DNA of 64,000 nt from the NCBI GenBank assembly GCA_964035575.1, contig OZ037837.1, positions 806,001-870,000 of the forward strand, in the 5' to 3' direction. A program made the translations under genes and the position numbers. How positions within the stretch are numbered: the stretch's first letter is position 1; the number at the start of each line of letters is the position of its first letter. Positions 34,790-46,909 of the stretch are shown piece after piece. The notes under the pieces were generated by a model, which had not been told where the DNA came from, did no database searches, and saw only the letters and a program-made list of their open reading frames with translations. Origin of the DNA: Rhynchopus sp. YZ270_cl-10 (taxonomy: Eukaryota).

Positions 34790-35843
34790 CAGGCCTGTTT
34801 CTAAATCCGGTCCCCGTCCCCAGATTTGGGAAAATAAATTTTTTTCCCGCACTTTTTTTCCCGCCGTCTCTACTGCGTTTTAGGGGTTCACAGGGGCTCA
34901 GAGGAGCCCGAGAAAAAATACCACGTGTCTGGATGAGACCGCTCATGCAAAATAACCAGTTTTTGGGGGAGGGAAAAAAAAGTGGGGGAGGGGTGCCGAA
35001 TCCAGAACGGCCCCCCACCATCACCAAGCCCCCCTGTGGTTGAACGGGAGTACCTTGGGGAAGTGGGTTGCTGATCGCACCATCCAGGCTGTACCTCAAA
35101 ATTTTTTTGCCTGCGGCGCCATTTTTCATTTTTTGCTCGCAAAAAAGGGTTCGTTGAGTGACTCTGTGGTGTAAAAAGCTAGATTTTTACACCGTGCCCT
35201 AATTTTTTTTTTGCCTGCGGCGCCATTTTTTTTTGTATTTTTTTTGCTACGCAAAAAAAAATACAGTCCATCTGTTCCCAATGTCTTCCCTGGTCAGCAG
35301 CGCCAAAAATTATCTCATGGACCACACTTCGCTGAGGCGGTGCACGAACCAATGGTTCATTTTCTTTCAAGTCTGCCTCGATAAAGAAATCTCTGAAACT
35401 CATACAGAAAACAGTGGTAGTTTTTCCGAGAGACCACAAAGTGAGGTGGGCAAACGCCACTTTCGGAGGATTACTGCAGCCCTGGCCAACCTGGAGCCCT
35501 CCATCACCCTCGTCGAGGCACAAGTACCCCTCCACCATTCTTCCACACTATCCGTGAGGACGATTTTGCGCTGCGTATGAGCAAGGGGCCAGCCCATATC
35601 AGCTTTGTCTACAAATCCCTCCACCCATCACCCAAATATGGCCCAGATTGTGTTCAAATGGGTCAAATTTTCACAGCGCTTCCCAAATTTGTCATGGAGG
35701 CGGGCGCAAAGCGCAAAAAAACCCCGACAAAGGGCACAAAAATCACACAAAAAAGACGCGAAAAGGGCGGGAAAAGCGCGGGAAAAAAACCGGTCCCCAG
35801 CCGAAAAAACCCCGGAAAATAGGCCCGTCACGGTTCAGGCCTG
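34790..35843. mobile_element. hAT-like non-autonomous element (8-bp TSD)
   Basis: CAGGCCTG termini; TSD GTTTTGGA at 34782-34789 and 35844-35851; possible dimerisation-domain remnant VEEWW..RLARAA..LPTS at ~35400-35560. Confidence 0.78.
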
Positions 35844-35942
35844 GTTTTGGAGCACTTCCGTGTGTTTTCGAGTACTTAGGCATATTTTTTTTTTTTTTAA
35901 TTATAGTTTTTCCGACAGAGCTTTGCTGTAGCTAGGATCCCC

Positions 35943-37775
35943 CTAGTACGGTAGCTTGTTGAGTACATCACTGCTGCACTTGTCCTCTCCATGCAAGGTC
36001 AAACGGTGGCACCCGCGGAGGAACGCGGGCCCCATGCTGGTGACACCTTGTAATCCACTAAGATCAACAGTCGACAAAGATGTGCATCCCCATAGGCACG
36101 AGTGTCCAATACTGGTGACACGTTTTAATCCACTGAAGTCTATTGCAGACAGTGACGTGCACTGGTGGAGAAAGCATTCTCTAATGGTGGTGACAGAGTG
36201 TAATCCACTCAAGTCAACTGTCAACAACGATGTGCACAGGCTGAGGGAGTGGCTCCCAACTGAGGTGACAGCTTGGAGTCCACTTAGATCAAGTGTAGAC
36301 AATGATTCGCACCTGCTGAGGAACCCATCCCCAATCGAGGTGACAGCTTGCAATCCACTCAAGTCCACTGTGGACAATGATGTGCACCCCCAGAGGAACC
36401 CATCCCCAAGCGAGGTGACAGCTTGGAGTCCACTTAGGGAAACTGTGGACAAGGATGTGCACTCCATGAGGAAGTTGTTCCCAATCGAGGTGACACCTTG
36501 CAATCCACTCAAGTCCACTGTATACAATGATTCGCACCGACTGAGGAAATAGTCCCCAAGCGTGGTAACATATTGTAATCCACTCAAGTCGACTTCGGAC
36601 AAATACATGCAGCCACATAGGAAGTCCTTCCCAATCTCAGTCACAGCAGACGCATGACTGAGATCAATGCACTCCACATCAGTTCTCGAGAAGAAGTCGT
36701 CTGGGATCGCAGTCGCAACTCCTGCCTGCAGGAGCAAGCAAGCCACCTCCGGATCAGTCACCCGATAGAACCTTTTTGTTGTAATTTTTGTCTCACCCAA
36801 CGCACGAAGTGCTGCAATGGCGTCCCGCTTCCTCCTCTCTATCTGGGAATGTGTTACAACAACCCTGTGACCCCTCAGCTGCACCACGGTCTCTCCTTCT
36901 GCAATCACTTCACCTCTGAACCTCATGTCGAAGCAGCCTTCACGCAACCCCATTGCAGACGCCACCTTCCGAAGCAAGTCCCTGCCCGTGTCATCCACAC
37001 TCACCTCAATCTCGTGTTCCACTCCATCCAACCCCTGCACAAGGACAGGCACAACAAGAGCCGACATCTGGGCAAGGGCGTCGTGCACGCTCGAAACAGG
37101 CAGCTTCTGGGAAAACGTTGCGTGTGGGTCTGCAGCACCCACAAGGCGGTGGCGGTCTCCACTCGCTGCCATGCTGTTGATGCTCCGCACAATGGCCTGC
37201 GACTCTGTGACCGCACGCAGCACCTGGTCGTCCCCAAGCTGGCACACCGCCTTGCACTCAGCAATCATGTGTCCTGCCTTCGCAACAAACGTCTTCAGCC
37301 CACACATCTGCTCCTCTGCAGCAGTCTGCTGTGTTGTCAGGTCTGCCACATGCGAGTGGAGGATATTGCGCTGGCGCTTCATGTAGTCCGTGATGACAAC
37401 TGTCTTGTGTCCCGCATGTGTGTCGCACTTGGCACAGCACATGCAGATCAACACGTCTCCACACGCAGGGTCTTCACAGACGAGGGACAGCTCTTGGCCT
37501 GGGTGATGTGCACACTTCGACGACGCTCCAAACGAAGTCACAGAAGCGCGATGTGCCTCACGGTCACGTGGCCTTGGGTGGCAAGCGTCATAGCACGCAG
37601 GTGTGTCGCAGAAGAACAGCTCCTTGCACATCCCGCACTGCAGCTGTGCAGGCACGCCACAGTTCTCACAGCTCGGCATCTGTGGTGCGGTGGGCTGTGT
37701 GTCAGACACCATGTTGTGTGTTTCGAAGAGGTGGGAGGGTGCAGGGGTGTCTGGAAGGGGTTGGGTGGGTGGCAT
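35943..37775 (-). CDS. B-box/CC/UBL/LRR protein, copy C (8 core LRRs, in-frame coiled-coil deletion)
   Basis: Paralogue; AAEEQMCGLKTF replaces a ~65-aa longer segment found in the other copies. Confidence 0.88.
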   Translation of the reverse strand: MPPTQPLPDTPAPSHLFETHNMVSDTQPTAPQMPSCENCGVPAQLQCGMCKELFFCDTPACYDACHPRPRDREAHRASVTSFGASSKCAHHPGQELSLVCEDPACGDVLICMCCAKCDTHAGHKTVVITDYMKRQRNILHSHVADLTTQQTAAEEQMCGLKTFVAKAGHMIAECKAVCQLGDDQVLRAVTESQAIVRSINSMAASGDRHRLVGAADPHATFSQKLPVSSVHDALAQMSALVVPVLVQGLDGVEHEIEVSVDDTGRDLLRKVASAMGLREGCFDMRFRGEVIAEGETVVQLRGHRVVVTHSQIERRKRDAIAALRALGETKITTKRFYRVTDPEVACLLLQAGVATAIPDDFFSRTDVECIDLSHASAVTEIGKDFLCGCMYLSEVDLSGLQYVTTLGDYFLSRCESLYTVDLSGLQGVTSIGNNFLMECTSLSTVSLSGLQAVTSLGDGFLWGCTSLSTVDLSGLQAVTSIGDGFLSRCESLSTLDLSGLQAVTSVGSHSLSLCTSLLTVDLSGLHSVTTIRECFLHQCTSLSAIDFSGLKRVTSIGHSCLWGCTSLSTVDLSGLQGVTSMGPAFLRGCHRLTLHGEDKCSSDVLNKLPY

Positions 37776-38266
37776 GGGATGGAAACAGAGTGTGCGTTCA
37801 AGACTGCAGCACACAGGAAAGGTGAGTGAGAGGCTGGTGTGTAGATGAGGATGCAGCTGGGTCAGGGATCAGGGATGCTCGACGTCCTGGCACCGAGGCT
37901 GACTCAGAGATGCGCTGCACAGTGTATGTGGGGTGTGGGGAAGTGGAACATCAGGTGAGGCATGTGGGGTTGCTTTGTTTTTGGTCTTTTCCTTACCACC
38001 TGTTGTCAGAGGTGGGTCTCTTTTTCATACACTCAGTTTGTTACAAAGTTGTTAAAACAAAACACCGCTAATCCCCTCCCACCGTTTTCCCCGAAAAATA
38101 GCACATTTTTGTCAACAGTTAACGTATTGGTCTTGTCGGACCTGAGAAAACGCGTGCATGTTGCATACACATGCACACTTACACCCAACGATGAGGCTCA
38201 TTGACACATTCCAACGAACTTCGCATTGTGGGAAATGTGGTGACAAAAAGAGCGAAAAAAATAATA

Positions 38267-38514
38267 CCGTAATCGTAAGAATTCTGGGGCGTAAAATTTT
38301 TGGGACGTAAATATTCTGGGACGTAACAAAACTGGGACATTTTGGACTTTTTTTAACTTGGGACATTTTTACGTCCCAGAATATTTACGTCCCAGAATTG
38401 TCTGTGTGACCTTCCCCCCTCCCTCACCCATGCACTTCGGTGCAAACCCAAACACAATGGGGGAAAATCTGAAACTTAGGACATTTTTACGCCCCAGAAT
38501 TTTTACGATTACGG
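38267..38514. mobile_element. Tc1/pogo-like MITE (TA TSD)
   Basis: TA|CCGTAATCGTAA(G/A)AATTCTGGGGCGTAAAA TIR. Confidence 0.87.
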
Positions 38515-40054
38515 TAATTGTTTCATATACCAACTATTCTACTGAATAGATGGTATAATAGGGTGCACTAAATGTACTCAACCTTTAATGATAAGAAATT
38601 GCTAAGAAAAAACTGGTGCTGTGAATATGGGGGGAGTGCGCTCCTGGAATTCCACCTTGCAGAAATTCCGGACATTACAGGAACAAACCTGTTACAAGGG
38701 TTTTGATATATTTGAGTGGAACTCAAATTGATATCACCACGTACACCACTACAATAGTGCACCCTATCGACGTAAACCATCTTGTCACAAACGGAGAAAA
38801 CAAAAACGCAAAAACGCAAAAACAAAGACTGATGCCAAGCCCTAGCCTCATAGATCACCCCCCCTGAAAAAATCAACAAAATCGTGAGAGGGGGTGAAAC
38901 CCCACCCTCACCCTCAGAAAAAACAAAACTCTGGTTTCGACAATCACCTGCCCGAGGATGGGTTCTGTACACAAGGTCGCCCGAAGGCTAATGAGTTGCA
39001 AAGGTGTAGATGCTGTTCACCATCAACACAAAGAAATCTCTTTTTAGTTTTCCTTTTAAATAAAACACGCTGTTTACTTCGCGCAGCGGTAATGAAACAT
39101 GGGAGGGCGGATAGAGTGCCAAAAGTGAGAAAAATGCCACAAAAATCATGAGAAAAAAATTCGATCCTTGGTAGTCTTCTTTGAGAATGACCCACCGAAA
39201 GGAAGATGCAGTACGCACCCGAGAGAGGAACGAGAACAAGAGTGAAACAATACTAAGAAAATGTGCAAACGTTACATAGCTAAATGTATATCGCTCCGCG
39301 AGCTTGATTATTGTGTGTGATGGAAACAGAAAACACAAGCTGGCAAGCACACCTTCTTACTCCCCATTGTCAAATACCTTGAAAAACAAGAAATTATTAC
39401 GCGTCCACTCGACGTTTGGATAAAGAAAACTAGAGATGAAAGGGGGTTTGGGGGGAAGAGTTTAATTCTTGAACGCATCCCCACACTCAGTCACACAATT
39501 GACAATTTTCCTGATGAAGATGTAATGTATGTGTAAGAGATGGGGAGCACGGGAGGGGAAAAACGACTCGTGGATACTGAAAAAATTCACTAGAAATGCA
39601 CGCATGTCTTATAAAAAGAAAAAAATAGAAACTAACGGATGTGAATTTGAATCGACCCCGCTATTGGGTTTCACTTCTCCCTGAATCTCCTGAGGAGGTT
39701 TGTCAGGATGGCAGCTTTTCTGCGCTGTTGTCCTACCAGGAACATTCGTGAAAAGCGTTGCAGAGCTTCATATCTTTCACTTTTTCAAACGCAGTGATCA
39801 GTCTGCTACACTTTCGTCTCTTTATCATTTCAATGTGAAACGGTTAGACTGATAGTGAACGCAAACCAAACACCACATACATTCACGACCCAAAGGCTGC
39901 ACCTTAAGAAGGACGCTTACAATAGGAATATTTCTCCTTTCCCATCGCAAACTCGTAGTTTAATATTTTCACCGCGGGGCTGGCCCACGGATTGCATGCC
40001 TTTGACACAGAGGGTTGGGGTAGTTGGGGTTATTGTAAAGTGTGGGAAGACTGT

Positions 40055-40378
40055 GGAGTGGGAGTGGGAGTGGGAGTGGGAGTGGGAGTGGGAGTGGGAG
40101 TGGGAGTGGGAGTGGGAGTGGGAGTGGGAGTGGGAGTGGGAGTGGGAGTGGGAGTGGGAGTGGGAGTGGGAGTGGGAGTGGGAGTGGGAGTGGGAGTGGG
40201 AGTGGGAGTGGGAGTGGGAGTGGGAGTGGGAGTGGGAGTGGGAGTGGGAGTGGGAGTGGGAGTGGGAGTGGGAGTGGGAGTGGGAGTGGGAGTGGGAGTG
40301 GGAGTGGGAGTGGGAGTGGGAGTGGGAGTGGGAGTGGGAGTGGGAGTGGGAGTGGGAGTGGGAGTGGGAGTGGGAGTG
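40055..40378. repeat. (GGGAGT)n microsatellite
   Basis: ~54 perfect hexamers. Confidence 0.97.
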
Positions 40379-41067
40379 ACAGAATACATAACTTAGAAAA
40401 CTATCACCTGCATTTCGCCTTCTGCACAGTGAAGAGCAGGAGCAAAACGCAGGCGACTTAAAACTTTGCAAAAAGCCTAAAAAATGGGAAGCAGCAACAG
40501 GGAAGTGTTCGCGATCATGTTGATCCTTTTGTTGGAAAGAGAGAAAAAAGCAGTTAAATCTCCTTTGCTCAGACACCCTGACAGTGCCACAAAAACAATC
40601 AACAAATTTTGCATGAGAACAAACACAAAACAACGTGGCATTACTCTAGCGTTCGTTTGGTTTGGAAAATGAGCGTGAGGGCGAGAGCACCGTGGCGAGC
40701 TGTGTCGCTTCGTTTGCTTCAATACTACTACCTGCAGGTTGTGTAACGGAAGGTGATAAATCCAAAAATGGCCCACAACAAGTCAGTATTTGCGGGCCCT
40801 CGAATACAGTATTATTTGAATTTTTGGGACCCCAACCCATTACCCCGCAAAGTCGGAGAAAAGCAAAACGCCCGCAACCGAAAAAGCGCGTTTCATTTAC
40901 ATGCGTATTATCACACTCGTACATAACACATACCGCTCAACACCAGATATTCCACCAGATTGATTCCCACCTGCCCCTTCGCCCTCACCCGCAGTCAATC
41001 AACGGACCCTTCCGAAGTCAGGAGGAGGAGAACCAGACAGTTTCGTTGCGTTCAAGACCCCCTCCCC

Positions 41068-44000
41068 TCACGATGCGATAAGCTCATACTCGTCAGATTC
41101 CTCACCGTGTTCCTTAACACGCGTCCTGCGGTGCAACACCACACCCGCAAGCCCCACAAATGCGAGAACACCCGCCGCAAGCAACACCCACACCCACCAA
41201 CGTGCCCTGCTCTCCTCCCCCCCTAGCAGCGGGGAGCCTGTCTCGGGAGGACCAGTCTCCCTGTCCCGTGCACCGTCAGGTTCACTGTCAGGACCCTCCG
41301 TCTCATTGGCTACGGGAGCCACTGTGGTGCTCGGTGTCGGTGTCGCAACTATAACAGGCGAAGTAGTGCTCGGCATAGGTGTACTAGGGGCAGATGTGGA
41401 AGGTGAAGTAGTGCTCGGCGCTGGTGTACCAGGTGAAGATGTGGAGGGTGAAGCCGTGCTCGGCGCTGGTGTACCAGGTGCAGATGTGGGAGGTGAAGGC
41501 GTGCTCGGCGCCGTAGTGCTAGGCAAGGGTGTGGGCGGTGACAAGGTGCTTGGCGAGGGTGTTAACGGCACGTCTGTCCACGCCGACTCGTTGCATTGGC
41601 GGAGCCTGAAGTATTCAATCGTGTTCGTGTCGGAGAATCTGACAATCCGGTCCACGTGTGTTGGAGAGGAGCAGGCGCCCGCAGTCTCGAGCACACCATT
41701 CACGTACAAATAACACACGTCGTCAAGAGAAACTGCCGCGTGCAGACTGTACGTCGTGTTCATGGGGAACACAGCTCTGCTCCTCACCCCGGTAGATGTC
41801 GTCCCGTGCACCACGTCTAAGTAAAACCCCCCAAAGCGACCATTGTCGTCGTCCCGAGGGTATGTCCCCAAGTTCACCCCTGCCCCACCCTCTCCGTCAG
41901 CGGAGCTGAACAGCGCTGAATCCAGTCGAAACTCCGCCACCGTCACGTTCACATCAATAACAATGCCACCGCCAAAAAACACCTCTTGTGTGTCCTGATC
42001 GGTGTTGAGGTTGGGTGCGTCTAACTCAAGTTCAGTCTCCAATTGACACTGCGGCACTTCCAGTGGCTGCGACGCTGTAGGTGTCACGTTGCATGCATGC
42101 AGGCTGACGTCTGAAATGGTGCCGTCAAAGGGAAGATACGAATCAACGTCGTATCCGATGAAGTTGTAGCGACGTTCCACGTAGGTGGGAACGGGACATT
42201 CCCCGAAGGCATCGAGAACACCGTTGATGTACAGATAGCACTTTCCGACTGTGCTCCACAGGTCACCTCCGGGAACCACAACTGCACGTACGGAGTACTC
42301 CACGTTCGTGTCGATTGTGAATGTACGGCTGGTAATCCCGCGCAGGCTCCACGACCCATGGCTCGTACCAAAGAAGAGCTTGGTGGTGTTGCGGGGTTTG
42401 TACAACTGCACCACGTCGTTGCTGTTTGGGTTTGAAAAGTTCACGATCGCAGCTTCCCTCTCAGAAGAGGACACTGTCACGTTGGCGTGGAGCACCAGCC
42501 CACCACCGAAGAACAGCGGGCGGTTCGGGTCAAAAGAAGCGCTGTTCTCGAACTCAACGACAGTCCGGAGGTTGCACGCAGGTGCCGCTAGTGGTTGCGA
42601 CACAGTCGGTGTCATCTCACACGCTTGGAGGCTGAAGTCTGAGATGGTCCCGGGGAATGGGTTGGCGTTGTCGGACAGGAGGCCGTCACCGATGAAATTC
42701 ACACGCCGCGTCACATTGTTCGGAATGGCGCACGGACCGTTCGCTGACAGCGTACCGTTCACAGTCACAAAACATGCGCCTGTTGTCGGATCCGCACTCC
42801 CGGGGACTGCTGCGATCTCGACTCGGTTCTCTCCCAACGCCAGGCTGGCGTTGATTCCAATGAAACTTCCGCTCACATAAAACGTAAGCGTGCGGGAGTC
42901 GACATACGCACTCACAATGTCGCCTTCGTTTGAGAAGGTAAACGCGTAATGTCTGGCGCCCTCGAAATGTGTGAGATTGACGGTCATCGTAATCACGACC
43001 CCACCACCGAAAAGCAGCGGGCGGTTTGGGTCAAAGGAGGTGCTGTCCTCGAACTCAAGCTCGGTCTTCAGGCTGCACATAGGTTGCATCGGCGTGAATT
43101 TGCAGGCACTCAGGCTCACGCCTGAAATATTTCCCATAAATTGTCTTTCGCCGCCCACCACATCGTTCCCGGTCAAATACGGGCGACGCACCACAAATCC
43201 TGGAAAGGCACATTCACCGACAGCGTCAACCACGTCGTTGATGTAAATATAACACATGACTCTGTTCACAGGATTCGCTGCAACAGTTGCCACCCGCACT
43301 CGGTACAGAACGTTTCTGGACAACGACGTGCTGGAAGCAATGCTTTTGTTGCCAATGCTGAACAAGATATGCCCGTTTTGCCCTTCCTGTAGCGTCACAA
43401 TGTTGCCGGCTGCACCACATGAGAAGTTTGCGATTGTTGCGTTTGTAACGTAAGACACCATGAAGACGTCCAATTCCATCACAATAGCATCACCGAAAAG
43501 GACCCAGGGCACAGTCCCAAACTTTGATCCAGAAAGCGGAACGGTCGTGAGACCGTGGGGGCAGACGGGCTCCCTCGGAGGATGCGTTGCTGTCACATCG
43601 CACGCACGCAGACTGAAGTCGGAAATGCTCCCGCCAAATTTGAAATCGTTAATGGGCATGTAAATACCGCGAACAGCAAGTCCGCGCCCGGCGAGATTAA
43701 AGTTGCGCTCAATGTGGTTCGGAACGGGACACTCGCCAACATTATCAAGCAGACCGTTGATGTAGATGTAACACGCTCCGTCCGCGCTCGGGTCGCTTCC
43801 AGGTACAATTACTATCAGCAGTTGGTAGGAAGGGGAAGAGTAGTAAGAAGCCAACTTGGTTGCACTGTAGAACCAGTTCCAGTCACCATCCACACGGCTT
43901 TTAAGTGTGATCAGTCCGTACCTACCGATAGACAACTCGAGAACGTCGTTCGTGCCGTTGATGGATGAGGTGAAGAGAATCGCATATCTTTCATCGGCCG

Positions 44001-45294
44001 AGGGGAGTACCACAGACACGTTCATCTGCAGCGCAATGCCGCCTCCAAAGAACAGCGGGCGGTTTGGATCAAATGAGCTTTCCTCTGCAAACTCAACCTC
44101 GTTCCGCAGCGTACATGACGGAAGGACCACTGGCTGCGAAACAGTCGGTTCTACCAAACACGCACTCAGATTGAAGTTGGAAATGTTTCCATGAAACTTC
44201 TTCTTGTAGCCAGCTACATCTACTCCATCTTCGCCGAACCGGTTTACTCGGTATTCGACTGCGACATCCGGAATGGGGCATTCTGTGGAACCTTCCCTGA
44301 CACCGTTCACGTACAGGGAACAGTTGCCCTGTGTCGGGTCGTTGCCGGGAACCATTGCAATGTGCAAAGTGTACTCGACGTTTTCCACAAAAACGCTGCG
44401 GCTGTAAATATAAGAACTGCTGGTCCCCACTTTTGTGCTGAAGAAAAGGTAGTGCCTCCTCGTGTAGTCGTCATACGACCCTTCCAAAGAAAAACCATTT
44501 GTTTTAGTAGCCTCGAAAGAAAATATGTTCTCGTTGTCCACCGACCACCACCCGGTTCGTATTAGTTGCATGGTGATCACAACCCCACCACCGAAGATCA
44601 GCGGGCGATTCGCATCAAAAGAATCAACGTTCAAAAATGCAAGATCGCTCTGCAGGTCACACTGTGGTTCCATCGCGGGTAGCGCCACAGTTGATGTCAC
44701 ATCACAAGCACGTAGGGAGAAGTTCGAGACAGTTCCAAGAAAGGGCAAACTATTTGATTTGTACCCCTGTCCAAAGTAAATGTCCTCACGATTCACATAG
44801 CTAGGAGTAGGGCAGTAACCGGAAGCCGTCAGCGAACCGTTTAAGTACATCTTGCACGTTGAGAACGCGTCATATAAAGGAACCGCAACAATTTTCAGGT
44901 TGTTCGTCATTTCATTAAATACGTATGAGGTATCTTTGACGCCGGTAAACGCGTGTGTCGCACTGCTTGTTCCGAAGTATAACTTCTCGTCATAGTCTGT
45001 GCCCATGTTGAGCTGCAGTACATCCTTACCGTTGTCTGAAAAGCTGAAGATCGCAGAACCAGGCCGACTAAAGTCTATATCGTTCTGCGTATAGTTCAGC
45101 TCAATCACAAACCCACCTCCGAAGAACAACGGTCGGTTCGGATTAAAGGCGCCGATCTCGCTAAACTCAAGAACAGTCTGAAGTCTGCAAGCCGGTAGGA
45201 CAACAGCACCGTGAGTTGCAGCAAAACACACACAAATAAGGACACACAGACTTCTCTGCGCAGAGTTGCCCCGGGGGTTTCTGCTGGTGTGCAT
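41068..45294 (-). CDS. Type I membrane protein with 7 LamG/concanavalin-A-like repeats and a mucin-like stalk
   Basis: ATG at 45294; signal-like LCVLICVCFAATHGA; repeats C.L...LEF....FDPNRPLFFGGG...CYLYING...G.C..P...F.G.ISDFSL.AC; P/S/T stalk; TM WWVWVLLAAGVLAFVGLAGVVL; short tail ending YELIAS. Confidence 0.85.
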   Translation of the reverse strand: MHTSRNPRGNSAQRSLCVLICVCFAATHGAVVLPACRLQTVLEFSEIGAFNPNRPLFFGGGFVIELNYTQNDIDFSRPGSAIFSFSDNGKDVLQLNMGTDYDEKLYFGTSSATHAFTGVKDTSYVFNEMTNNLKIVAVPLYDAFSTCKMYLNGSLTASGYCPTPSYVNREDIYFGQGYKSNSLPFLGTVSNFSLRACDVTSTVALPAMEPQCDLQSDLAFLNVDSFDANRPLIFGGGVVITMQLIRTGWWSVDNENIFSFEATKTNGFSLEGSYDDYTRRHYLFFSTKVGTSSSYIYSRSVFVENVEYTLHIAMVPGNDPTQGNCSLYVNGVREGSTECPIPDVAVEYRVNRFGEDGVDVAGYKKKFHGNISNFNLSACLVEPTVSQPVVLPSCTLRNEVEFAEESSFDPNRPLFFGGGIALQMNVSVVLPSADERYAILFTSSINGTNDVLELSIGRYGLITLKSRVDGDWNWFYSATKLASYYSSPSYQLLIVIVPGSDPSADGACYIYINGLLDNVGECPVPNHIERNFNLAGRGLAVRGIYMPINDFKFGGSISDFSLRACDVTATHPPREPVCPHGLTTVPLSGSKFGTVPWVLFGDAIVMELDVFMVSYVTNATIANFSCGAAGNIVTLQEGQNGHILFSIGNKSIASSTSLSRNVLYRVRVATVAANPVNRVMCYIYINDVVDAVGECAFPGFVVRRPYLTGNDVVGGERQFMGNISGVSLSACKFTPMQPMCSLKTELEFEDSTSFDPNRPLLFGGGVVITMTVNLTHFEGARHYAFTFSNEGDIVSAYVDSRTLTFYVSGSFIGINASLALGENRVEIAAVPGSADPTTGACFVTVNGTLSANGPCAIPNNVTRRVNFIGDGLLSDNANPFPGTISDFSLQACEMTPTVSQPLAAPACNLRTVVEFENSASFDPNRPLFFGGGLVLHANVTVSSSEREAAIVNFSNPNSNDVVQLYKPRNTTKLFFGTSHGSWSLRGITSRTFTIDTNVEYSVRAVVVPGGDLWSTVGKCYLYINGVLDAFGECPVPTYVERRYNFIGYDVDSYLPFDGTISDVSLHACNVTPTASQPLEVPQCQLETELELDAPNLNTDQDTQEVFFGGGIVIDVNVTVAEFRLDSALFSSADGEGGAGVNLGTYPRDDDNGRFGGFYLDVVHGTTSTGVRSRAVFPMNTTYSLHAAVSLDDVCYLYVNGVLETAGACSSPTHVDRIVRFSDTNTIEYFRLRQCNESAWTDVPLTPSPSTLSPPTPLPSTTAPSTPSPPTSAPGTPAPSTASPSTSSPGTPAPSTTSPSTSAPSTPMPSTTSPVIVATPTPSTTVAPVANETEGPDSEPDGARDRETGPPETGSPLLGGEESRARWWVWVLLAAGVLAFVGLAGVVLHRRTRVKEHGEESDEYELIAS

Positions 45295-46909
45295 TGTGTC
45301 TGTTGGTATCCCTTTCCTGGAGTTGGCGGTGTTGGGGGTTTTGGGGGTTCCTCTCCTCCGACTAGAAAACAACTGCTGCACAGTCAAAATAGTCTCTGTG
45401 CACAAAGGGGGGCAAGAAGTACAGCAGGAAAATAGTTCAGGTATGGGTAGTGACGTGAAGGGTTTTGGAGAGAAAAATATGTTCGGTTGGTTCTTCTTTG
45501 TTTTGCTCTGGGTTTATGTTTTGTGCTTTTTATTTTGAAAACTTGATTGTATGTATCGTAGACACCCGAGGATGCACACCACTGTACCAACCGCTATTAA
45601 GTAACACCTCATGAACACGGTGATCTCTCTGCCTTTTTTGTTTTCCTCAAAAAAAAGCATCGCGTCTACGTACTGGTTTTGTCGTACCTGAGAAAACGCG
45701 TGCATGTTGCATACACACGCGTCATTGCACCCAACGATGAGGCTCATTGACACACTCCAACGAACTTCACATCCCGGAAAAATGGTATGACGAAAAGAGC
45801 AACAATACAAAAGCGATAAGACAAAAACTAAGCCTACTCTGCTTAGTCACACGTACCTTTTTCATTAAAGGACAGCCATACATGGGGGCACAGACAGCAC
45901 ACCTTCCCCAGGGTGTGGCAGGGTCCCTCGCTGAAAACGTGGGACTCTCACCTCACTTTTCTTTCTTAATCCCAGAACTAGACACGCACACAAACACCCC
46001 TCCCCTACCTTACCCTCCCTCCCCTCTGCCCCTCTGACCAATGAAACGTTAGTAGCCACCCTCATTTATAAAGAAAAGTTTGACATGAAATACACCAGAA
46101 CGATCGTGAACAGTGTACCTTGGTACAACTGGTGTACCGGGTGTACCCCAACCATGCACAGTCCAACATCCATTTTGTGATTTACATCTACAAAGTACAG
46201 GAACAAGAAGGGAAAAAGCAAACAAACACAGACACCCCTCCGAAGGGCCGTTGTTTTCGGTTAATATTACACCCTAACAACCACTGCCTTCTGGTCTGCA
46301 AAACGCAAATTGATATCACCACGTACACCACTATTAAGCAGTGCATCCCATAGACGTAAACCATCTTGTCACAAACGGAGAAAACAAAAACACAAAAACA
46401 AAGACCGATGCCAAGCCCTAGCCTCATAGAGGCGTCTGTGCTAGGGTGAAGCGCAAACCAGACTGGGCCAAAGTCTCAACTCAACTCAGTATCACACGAC
46501 GGGAAAGAAAAGAGGGTCAGTTCTCCACGAATCCGTAGAGATACAAAACACCTGCTTGAAACCCACAGCAGTGTTCCAAACATCCAAAACCCAAAAAATA
46601 AAAACAAAACCAATTTGGTGGACACACTTCTCATCCTAAGAAGGACCCCATCCTCACCTTCCCTCACCCAAACCCCAAAGAAATGCTCTGTTGTTCACAA
46701 CACCCAGCCAACCCCCTCAAATCCTCCCAATTGTTTCGTATGACTCATCCCAACAAACCCCACCTCACTCTGTCACCACCTCCCAAAAATAATAAAGAAG
46801 CACACCTCAGCACAGTGCAGAGCAGCCGTCGTGCAGCTGACCACACAGTGCGAGGGGTGAAGATGCAACAACAACAACTGTTACAAAGTGAACGCTTTCT
46901 TGCTTCTCA

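Larger units (their letters stand above)
33265..35942. mobile_element. TIR element flanked by CTAG, containing two nested hAT-like elements
   Basis: CTAG|GGGGTTCCTAGC ... GCTAGGATCCCC|CTAG; the TIR is short and the flanks do not reconstruct a known empty site. Confidence 0.6.

Noticed and set aside
40055..40378. Interstitial telomere
   Set aside because: The unit GGGAGT is not TTAGGG; no telomeric context.
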